A stretch of 53,601 nt of DNA, from the sequence record DRR723986_13570; one strand, 5' to 3'. A model generated the notes under the pieces. The model did no database searches and was not told the DNA's origin. It was given only the letters and a program-made list of their open reading frames with translations. Numbering within the stretch: position 1 is the first letter of the stretch; the number at the start of each line of letters is the position of its first letter. Shown in pieces: positions 46,509 to 53,601 of this stretch. The position numbers and the translations under genes are program-made.

Positions 46509-47762
46509 ATGATCAAAATTAAATTGCTACTTTCTTTTTTCTTGTTGACTTCATTAAGTCTGGCTCAGAACCTTGATGAACAAATTAAGTCGGTCAACGA
46601 TCAGTTGGATACTCTGGAGTTGGAGCGCATTCAGTTACTTCAAAGAATGGAAGTATTGAAACAACAATGGATCCAAGAAAAAATTGATGAAGTAGGCGTT
46701 CCGAAAAAAGAAGGGGATGGAGAGATTATCTCGCATGCGGCTATGCGTTTGAGTTACAATGAAAAGCACGAGCAAGCCAATTGGGTGATGCATGTGATTC
46801 TGACGGATGTTTTAACAGGCGGAGCCTCCAGAACAAATGACTTTAGAGTTGACCCCAAAGTGACGACAGGGTCGGCTGTAGAAGCGGACTATTTTTTAAA
46901 AGAATTAAAATCAGATGGAGAAACTTACAAATATGATGGCTTTGGCTACGACCGAGGCCATTTAGCTCCCTCTGCTGATTTCAAATGGAGCAAAACAGCT
47001 TTATCCGAAAGTTATTATTATTCAAACATGTCACCTCAATTAGGTGATTTTAACAGGTTAAAATGGGCTGAATTAGAAAACTGGATGAGGGCATATGTCA
47101 GTCAGTACAACACTGATTTGGTAATCGTAACTGCTCCTATTTTAACAGAAGATTTGCCTAAAGTTGAAAGAAGTGTTAATGGTCTTTCTATACCAAAGCT
47201 TTATATCAAAGCAGCATTAGATATAAAAAACCAACGAGCAATAGGCTTTGTTTTACCCAATCAGAAAATTGAAAAACCATTAGAATCTTATGCGGTAAGT
47301 ATTGACAGCATTGAGGCCGTTTTAGGCTACGATTTGTTTGCTAACCTTGATGATGTTCAGGAGGCAAAAATCGAATCTGTACTTGATTATTCTTACTGGT
47401 TGCCGGAGGAAGAAAAGGCAGATGTAGTAGCAATACACCAAAAACGATTACCTAAAAATGCCCTCAGCACCTACATGATCCATGTTGCAGCTGATGGAAA
47501 AAAGCATACTGTTTGTGGTAAAGTAGTCAGTGCAACGAAACATGAAAAGGGCCATGTTTTTATCAATTTGGATAAAAAATTCCCGAATCAGATTTTCTCG
47601 GTGTCGATCTTTGAGAGCAACATCAAAAATTTCCCTTATGAACCTGAAGTTTACCTCATTAATCAAGAGGCTTGTTTCACAGGTGTAATCGGTGATTATC
47701 AAGGTACACCGAACATGGTACTAGATCATGGTAAACAAGTGAAGTTGTTGGGCGATTATTGA
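46509..47762 (+). CDS. Secreted DNA/RNA non-specific endonuclease (NucA/EndoG-like) with N-terminal coiled coil and C-terminal OB-fold-like domain
   Basis: Signal peptide, ANWV, YDRGHLAPSAD, YYSNMSPQ..FNR..W..LE; C-terminal VCGKVVS..VFINLDKKFPNQIFS. Confidence 0.9.
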   Translation: MIKIKLLLSFFLLTSLSLAQNLDEQIKSVNDQLDTLELERIQLLQRMEVLKQQWIQEKIDEVGVPKKEGDGEIISHAAMRLSYNEKHEQANWVMHVILTDVLTGGASRTNDFRVDPKVTTGSAVEADYFLKELKSDGETYKYDGFGYDRGHLAPSADFKWSKTALSESYYYSNMSPQLGDFNRLKWAELENWMRAYVSQYNTDLVIVTAPILTEDLPKVERSVNGLSIPKLYIKAALDIKNQRAIGFVLPNQKIEKPLESYAVSIDSIEAVLGYDLFANLDDVQEAKIESVLDYSYWLPEEEKADVVAIHQKRLPKNALSTYMIHVAADGKKHTVCGKVVSATKHEKGHVFINLDKKFPNQIFSVSIFESNIKNFPYEPEVYLINQEACFTGVIGDYQGTPNMVLDHGKQVKLLGDY

Positions 47763-47781
47763 GAAGGTATTTAGCTTTTTT

Positions 47782-48180
47782 TTAGGATTGAGATTGAAAA
47801 TTCGCAATCAAATCTAGAATTTTTGGAATGAAAATTACAAGTCCAACTACGGCAGCGGAAAATGCAGAAACAAGGACACCTGCAGCTGCTAAGTCTTTTA
47901 CTTTTTTAATAGCATTTCTTTTTTCTGAACATACAAAATCAGCTAAATTTTCAATTGATGAATTAATCAGTTCCATAGCCAGAACGAAACCAATACAGAG
48001 TATTATTGCTATCCACTCAAAGGAATTAATTTCTAAGATTATACCCGTCAAGATGGTAAGTACTGCTACGAATGCATGGATTCGAGAGTTATGCTCTTCT
48101 TTAAACATAATAATGAGTCCATTAAAAGCATAACTAAAGCTTTTCAGCCTTGATTTTAAGGAGAAATTGCTCTTTTTCAT
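47782..48180 (-). CDS. dgkA: Prokaryotic diacylglycerol/undecaprenol kinase family protein
   Basis: SFSYAFNGL, EHNSRIH, ELINSSIENLAD, KDLAAAGV; ATG 48180. Confidence 0.9.
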   Translation of the reverse strand: MKKSNFSLKSRLKSFSYAFNGLIIMFKEEHNSRIHAFVAVLTILTGIILEINSFEWIAIILCIGFVLAMELINSSIENLADFVCSEKRNAIKKVKDLAAAGVLVSAFSAAVVGLVIFIPKILDLIANFQSQS

Positions 48181-48205
48181 AATATTATGTATCCCTAAAA
48201 AGTCG

Positions 48206-49759
48206 CTATGCATGCGCTCCTGCTTTCGCAGTCGCTTTAACACCCGTCAATTTTTCAACCATGTGCCAAGAGTTGATGATTTCTGTGTAGGTCCAAACAT
48301 CTCCATCTTCAGCCATTCGTTTGATATTATTAGAATTCAGTTCGCTCGGATGCGTGGCACCAGTTGCACCCATCAATTCTAAGAAGGCTTTCACTGTATT
48401 GTGGTGATAATTGTAACACCTCACATATTTATCCTCCACATTTAAGCCTTTCATTAAAGCCTTATTCTGTGTCGCTACACCAACTGGGCAGGTATTTGTA
48501 TTACACAGCTGTGCATGAATACATCCAATAGAAAGCATGAAAGATCTTGCAGACTGTGTTAAATCTGCACCCATAGATAGTGCTTTAAAAATGCCAAATC
48601 CGGAAAATATTTTTCCAGAAGCAATCACCTTAATTTTATCTCTTACACCATATTTTTTTAATAAGGTATCGGCTAACACTAATCCAACGTAAAGTGGAAG
48701 GCCGACATTATTCGCAAACTCAAGGGGAGCTGCTCCGGTACCACCTTCTGCACCATCAATACCAATAAAGTCAGGATGTTGACCTGTTTCTTTCATGGCT
48801 TTGCATATTTCCTCAAACTCTTCAACTTTTCCAATACACAACTTAAACCCAACAGGTTTACCTCCTGATAAATCTCTTAATTTATCACAGAAATCTAACA
48901 ATCCTTTCGGATCAGAAAAAGCCGTATGGTGAGACGGTGAAAGTACATCTTGTCCAACAGGAACGGCTCTAATTTTTGCAATTTCAGGGGTTACTTTTTT
49001 ACCTGGTAATATTCCTCCCTTACCTGGTTTTGCTCCCTGCGAGAGTTTAACTTCTATCATCTTTACGGAATCGTGGGTAGCGTTTTCTTGAAACATTGTC
49101 TCGTTAAAAGTTCCATCTTCATTTCGGCACCCAAAATAACCAGTTCCAATTTGCCAACTCAAATCTCCACCTACCTTGTGGTAAGGTGAAATCCCTCCCT
49201 CTCCTGTGTTGTGATAAAAATTACCTTTTGCAGCACCTTTATTCATGGCTAAGACTGCGTTTTTAGACATTGACCCAAATGACATGGCAGAAATGTTATA
49301 CAAAGAGGCTGAATAGGGTTTTGCACACTGGGCTTCACCAATCATTACTCTAGGCTCTTCTTTAATTTTTTTAGGATACATGGAATGGGTGATGAATTCA
49401 TATCCTTCTTCATAAACGTTCATCTCGGTTCCAAAGGGATGAGTTGCTCCAAGGTTTTTAGATCGTTGATAAATAATGGCTCTGCTGTTTTTGTTGATCG
49501 GTGCTCCATCCGTTCTTCTTTCTACGAAATATTGCTGAATTTCTGGCGAAATTGCCTCCAGCATGTATCTAATGTTTCCAATCAATGGAAAGTTTTTTCG
49601 AATCGCATGCTTGTTTTGCAACATGTCTCTAAATCCTATTAACATTAAGGGACCAAAAAGAACAAATGCAAAAAGCCAATAAATATGATGAAAATAAGCT
49701 GCGGCTGCAATGCCAGCTGAAATAGCGACAGACGCTAATACAAAAATCGTACGTACCAT
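48206..49759 (-). CDS. FMN-binding glutamate synthase family protein (YerD-like)
   Basis: ISAMSFGS, NTGEGG, EVKLSQGAKPGKGG, DGAEGGTGAAP, CIHAQLCNTNTCPVGVATQ. Confidence 0.93.
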   Translation of the reverse strand: MVRTIFVLASVAISAGIAAAAYFHHIYWLFAFVLFGPLMLIGFRDMLQNKHAIRKNFPLIGNIRYMLEAISPEIQQYFVERRTDGAPINKNSRAIIYQRSKNLGATHPFGTEMNVYEEGYEFITHSMYPKKIKEEPRVMIGEAQCAKPYSASLYNISAMSFGSMSKNAVLAMNKGAAKGNFYHNTGEGGISPYHKVGGDLSWQIGTGYFGCRNEDGTFNETMFQENATHDSVKMIEVKLSQGAKPGKGGILPGKKVTPEIAKIRAVPVGQDVLSPSHHTAFSDPKGLLDFCDKLRDLSGGKPVGFKLCIGKVEEFEEICKAMKETGQHPDFIGIDGAEGGTGAAPLEFANNVGLPLYVGLVLADTLLKKYGVRDKIKVIASGKIFSGFGIFKALSMGADLTQSARSFMLSIGCIHAQLCNTNTCPVGVATQNKALMKGLNVEDKYVRCYNYHHNTVKAFLELMGATGATHPSELNSNNIKRMAEDGDVWTYTEIINSWHMVEKLTGVKATAKAGAHA

Positions 49760-49805
49760 AGTGAGGGTTTAAATTCACTTAAATATAACAAAAGAATTGA
49801 AAGAT

Positions 49806-50951
49806 TTAGTTGGGAGACTTGGGAGACTTCTTTCTGTCTACATGGATATCCATCTGAGGATATGGATATTCTACTCCATGCTCTCTAAATTTTTTGTCAA
49901 TTTCAAAACGAATATCGCTTTTATGAATCTCTATGTAAAGACTTTGATGCGCCCAAAAAACTAGGTCCAACTCAAGTCCGTTATCACCAAAATGAAGTAA
50001 ACGAACAAAGATTTCGTGATGGTTACTGACCTTAGGATGTCCCTGAGCTGCTTCGCGTAAAATTTTTCTAACCAAATCAAGGTCTGACCCAAACATCACG
50101 GTAACAGGAATGGTAAAACGGGTATAGTCAGTTGCTGAATCCCAGTTATGTACTTTTTGAAATGATAAATGCGAGTTAGGAACTATCAACATTTTACCAT
50201 CTCTTGTTTTTACTTTTGAAGTTCGGATATTGATTTCTTCAATGTTGGCGACAAAGCTTTCACGACCGTCTTGTCGATCGATTTCAATGACGTCACCAAC
50301 CTTTATTGTTCCTTCAAAAAGCAATAATAATCCGGCAAAAAAGTCTTTAAAAATATCCTGTAATCCCAGTCCAAGACCTACTAATAAAAAGGCGGTTGCT
50401 GTGATGAATAAATCTAGGTCAATACCCAAACTTCTCATTACGAGAATAATACCAATGGTAATCAGCAAATATTTGGTTAATTGCAGATAAACAAATTCTG
50501 ACCCTTCATCCACACCATCTTTTCTCTTAAATCTCTTTTGAAGATAAATACGGACAATGTTCATTAAAATTCTACCGCCGATATACACCACAATGAAAAC
50601 AAAGAAATGGTAGATGGCAACATGGAATTTATCGAACCTGAAAAACTCAATTGCGAGAATTCTAGAAAGGTCCAAATTTGGATTATTGATACCGAGTGAT
50701 CTGATTCCAATTAACAGAGAAACCAACCAAATGAACTGTTTCACTAATCTCCAAACCGGAACCTCTTTGCCGTCTAAGGTGGTGATTGATTTGTCTGTAA
50801 TTTCTCTGTAATTGAAGAACTTTTTTAAGTACTTCAACAGAATGATGGTGGCTAAATACAAGCCAACAAGAATAATAATGTGGATAGGACTTAATATAAG
50901 GCCCTCAAATTCCAATAGTTTGTACAGGAGTATTTCTTTTACTTGGTCCAT
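49806..50951 (-). CDS. Small-conductance mechanosensitive channel (MscS family)
   Basis: VGLGLGLQDIFKDFFAG, IKVGDVIE, IRTSKV, IVPNS, YPYPQMDIH. Confidence 0.92.
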   Translation of the reverse strand: MDQVKEILLYKLLEFEGLILSPIHIIILVGLYLATIILLKYLKKFFNYREITDKSITTLDGKEVPVWRLVKQFIWLVSLLIGIRSLGINNPNLDLSRILAIEFFRFDKFHVAIYHFFVFIVVYIGGRILMNIVRIYLQKRFKRKDGVDEGSEFVYLQLTKYLLITIGIILVMRSLGIDLDLFITATAFLLVGLGLGLQDIFKDFFAGLLLLFEGTIKVGDVIEIDRQDGRESFVANIEEINIRTSKVKTRDGKMLIVPNSHLSFQKVHNWDSATDYTRFTIPVTVMFGSDLDLVRKILREAAQGHPKVSNHHEIFVRLLHFGDNGLELDLVFWAHQSLYIEIHKSDIRFEIDKKFREHGVEYPYPQMDIHVDRKKSPKSPN

Positions 50952-50952
50952 T

Positions 50953-53022
50953 TTAATGAATTACTCGACCCAAACTGTCGTTGTTGGTTAATAGCCCGAT
51001 TACCTTATCCAATTTAATTTGACGTGCCATCAATACTCTGATTTCTTCAATACTTTCTTCATCTTGCATTTCATTCAAGCGATCTATTTCTTTTTTAATG
51101 GCATCTTTTTCGTTTCGCAAACGGGCAGTTTTATAAGAGTAAATAGACTGTTTAACTGCCAATTCTAGTTTTTCTAATTCCGTTGTGGTATATACTTTCT
51201 TTTCAATCCATTTGGGCGAAATTTCATATCTATTTGAGACGATATCTACTGCTTTGGATGAGATATCGGGGTCTTGATGTTGTAGAAAAAACTTTTCACC
51301 ATACATTTCACCTTTCTCAACCCCTTCTCTGAACAGCTGATGAATGGTTTCGTAAATTGGATTCTCGAAGTTGATCCCGTCTTTTTCTAATTCGTGCAAT
51401 ATCAACTCAATGACTGAAACTTCAACTTCACTCACTTCCTCGTTTCCTTCTTCATCTTCTTCGACATGCTCGGTTTTTATCATAAACAAACCATAATTGA
51501 GTAAAATACGAATCAGATCATGTTCTTGAGATGATATTCGATCTGTGCCTTTCGTTGCCGTTTGCGCCTGTTCCTTGTATTCGTCAGGAATCATGGCTTC
51601 AATCGGAATGTCGTATTCTATAGGAACGTCATTATTTCCAGTTTGAATCTGCGTTTGCGTTTGGCTTGAAGAAGATGTTTGAGTCGGGGTATTCTTGCTC
51701 TTATAACGGCTAGTGGTTTTATTAGCCCGCACTTTATTAACGGCCTGAATAATCGTCTGCTCGTCAATTCCAAATATGCTTGAGCACTCTCTGCAATAAA
51801 TCTGACGTTTGATGGCATCCTCTATCACTGCAATTGATGCCACGATATCATTAATGAGCTCAGCTTTCTTGATGGGGTCGTTTCCAGCACCTTCTAATAA
51901 AACATCTGATTTAAAGACAATAAAATCTTTTGAGTTGTCTTCAATATAAGCCTCTAATTCTGAGGTTGTAGATTTCTTCGCATACGAATCGGGATCTTCG
52001 CCATCCGGGAAAAGCACAACCTTAACGTTCATTCCTTGAGCCAAAATCATGTCAATTCCTCTAAACGAAGCTTTGATTCCGGCTGCATCACCATCATAAA
52101 GAATAGTAATGTTATTCGAATAACGTTTGATCAATTTGATTTGATCTTCTGTTAATGCGGTACCAGAAGATGCAACTACATTTTCTACACCCGCCTGGTG
52201 CATTGAAATTACATCTGTATATCCTTCAACTAAAAAGCAACGATCATATTTAATGATGCTGGTTTTAGCAAAATATAATCCATAAAGGATTTTAGATTTG
52301 TTGTATAATTCAGACTCAGGCGAGTTGAAATATTTTGCAATCTTTTTATCACTCTTAAGAGTACGGCCACCAAATCCTAAAACTTTACCAGCAACCGAAT
52401 GAATCGGGAACATTACCCTTCCTCTAAAAAAGTCAAATGAACGATCTTCTTTGGTTTTGGTTAAGCCAACTTTCTCGAGATATTCTAACTTATAATTCTT
52501 GTCTAAGGCTTGTTTGGTAAAGCCGTTTGATTCATCTAAACAGTAACCTAATTGAAACTTATTAATGATATCTTCTCGAAAACCTCTTTCAATAAAATAA
52601 CTTAAGCCAATTGCCTTTCCCTGTTCGTTGTTATGCAGGTTGTAGACAAAATGGTCTCTTGCAAATTCATTGATAATACTTAAGTTTTCACGAACCGTAT
52701 AGGCCGCGATTTCTTCAGGAGTCCTTTCTCGGTCTTCCTTAATTTCAATGTTGTATTTATTCGCCAACCACTTTAAAGCTTCTACATAAGTGAAATGTTC
52801 AGCTTCCATTAAAAAAGAAACAACATTCCCTCCTTTACTTGAGCTGAAGCACTTCCAAATTTGTTTGGCCGGAGAAACCATAAATGAAGGTGTTTTTTCA
52901 TCAACGAATGGGCTTTTGGCTTTGAAATTTGATCCTGATTTTTTCAAATGCACAAAATCTCCAATCACCTCCTCAACACGAGCAGTTTGAAAAATTTCAT
53001 CTATGGTTTGCTTAGGAATCAC
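50953..53022 (-). CDS. dnaG: DNA primase
   Basis: SPF..EKTPSF, WKCFS, FRGRVMFPI, GFGGR, KYFNSPE, VEGYTDV, YDGDAAG, DPD. Confidence 0.97.
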   Translation of the reverse strand: MIPKQTIDEIFQTARVEEVIGDFVHLKKSGSNFKAKSPFVDEKTPSFMVSPAKQIWKCFSSSKGGNVVSFLMEAEHFTYVEALKWLANKYNIEIKEDRERTPEEIAAYTVRENLSIINEFARDHFVYNLHNNEQGKAIGLSYFIERGFREDIINKFQLGYCLDESNGFTKQALDKNYKLEYLEKVGLTKTKEDRSFDFFRGRVMFPIHSVAGKVLGFGGRTLKSDKKIAKYFNSPESELYNKSKILYGLYFAKTSIIKYDRCFLVEGYTDVISMHQAGVENVVASSGTALTEDQIKLIKRYSNNITILYDGDAAGIKASFRGIDMILAQGMNVKVVLFPDGEDPDSYAKKSTTSELEAYIEDNSKDFIVFKSDVLLEGAGNDPIKKAELINDIVASIAVIEDAIKRQIYCRECSSIFGIDEQTIIQAVNKVRANKTTSRYKSKNTPTQTSSSSQTQTQIQTGNNDVPIEYDIPIEAMIPDEYKEQAQTATKGTDRISSQEHDLIRILLNYGLFMIKTEHVEEDEEGNEEVSEVEVSVIELILHELEKDGINFENPIYETIHQLFREGVEKGEMYGEKFFLQHQDPDISSKAVDIVSNRYEISPKWIEKKVYTTTELEKLELAVKQSIYSYKTARLRNEKDAIKKEIDRLNEMQDEESIEEIRVLMARQIKLDKVIGLLTNNDSLGRVIH

Positions 53023-53191
53023 CTAACAAAGTTAATGGTTTTATGCGACTTAAAAGAGTAAAAATTCGCATTCAAAATTTCACAAAAAATTTAAAAAGCA
53101 TATTTTTTTTTCAGCTTAGACAACCTTTTATTTTTTCGAATTGTATTTGCTATAGATGAATGAAAAAATTATTCGCTTAAAATTTAAAATC

Positions 53192-53601
53192 ATGAAAAAA
53201 CTGCTACTCGTTTTAATCACCTTGATCAGTTCGCTTACCTATTCGCAATGTATGTTAAATGCTGATTTTTCATATGTAAGTTCAGGAGGGAATGTTTCGT
53301 TTACGAATACTTCTACCAATGAACCTGCAATTCCTTATTATCAATGGGACTATAATGGACAAAGTTCAACAATGGAAAATCCTACATTTACGCAAGCGGC
53401 AACAGATGAGGTTGTTTGTTTTACAGTTTATGATTCAACATGGACTTGTTATGATTCACTTTGCGTTTTAATTCCTGGTGATTCTACAGTTTGCAACTTG
53501 AATATAACATGGACACAATCAATTAGTGGAGGTAATATCACCTTTACCAATACATCTACAGGAGAACCTGTGGGAGCTTATTATAGTTGGTTGTATAACG
53601 G
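53192..53601 (+). CDS. PKD-domain secreted protein, 5' part (truncated by the window edge)
   Basis: My own translation: MKKLLLVLITLISSLTYSQC..ADFSY...VSFTNTS...YQWDY...ENP...VCFTV, then a second PKD unit ITFTNTS...YSW; no stop before 53601. Confidence 0.8.
   Translation, partial: MKKLLLVLITLISSLTYSQCMLNADFSYVSSGGNVSFTNTSTNEPAIPYYQWDYNGQSSTMENPTFTQAATDEVVCFTVYDSTWTCYDSLCVLIPGDSTVCNLNITWTQSISGGNITFTNTSTGEPVGAYYSWLYN

Noticed and set aside
51420-51720. Low-complexity Thr/Ser/Gln and poly-Glu insertions in DnaG (intein or domain insertion?)
   Set aside because: Located in the variable linker/C-terminal region, with no intein terminal motifs or homing-endonuclease signature
465-52990. Many 60-101 aa ORFs in the track lying antisense or out of frame within long genes
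   Set aside because: Shadow ORFs of well-supported genes, with no motifs or independent expression signals

Overview
Gene-dense, AT-rich chromosomal segment of a Bacteroidota bacterium, most likely Flavobacteriales. This is inferred from T9SS C-terminal domains, SprB-type repeats and TAnnTTTG -7 promoter elements. It carries housekeeping genes (rsgA, dCMP deaminase, S41 protease, recJ, polA, dgkA, dnaG) among many envelope or secreted proteins. I found no rRNA, tRNA, CRISPR array or mobile element. The most notable region is an ~11 kb putative phosphate-acquisition island (6145-17302). It holds a Na+/Pi cotransporter with an unusual ~250 aa exported FN3-like N-terminal extension, an OprO/P-type porin, a ChrA-family oxyanion transporter, a TonB-dependent receptor with a non-SusD surface lipoprotein, and two paralogous PhoB-like regulators. 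No kinase and no pstSCAB lie in the window. Five promoters in the island share a directly readable architecture: a tandem WTAAC(A/C/G/T)(T/A/C) heptamer with 11-bp period, 30-31 nt upstream of the -7 element. This is a candidate Bacteroidota Pho box, and a weaker copy precedes a secreted nuclease 30 kb away. Also notable are a probable CTG start for rsgA and a sigma54-type promoter ahead of a Tyr/Gly/Asn-rich secreted protein, an LpoB/CsgG-like lipoprotein and a TPR lipoprotein. All family calls come from motif recognition by eye; no database searches were run.
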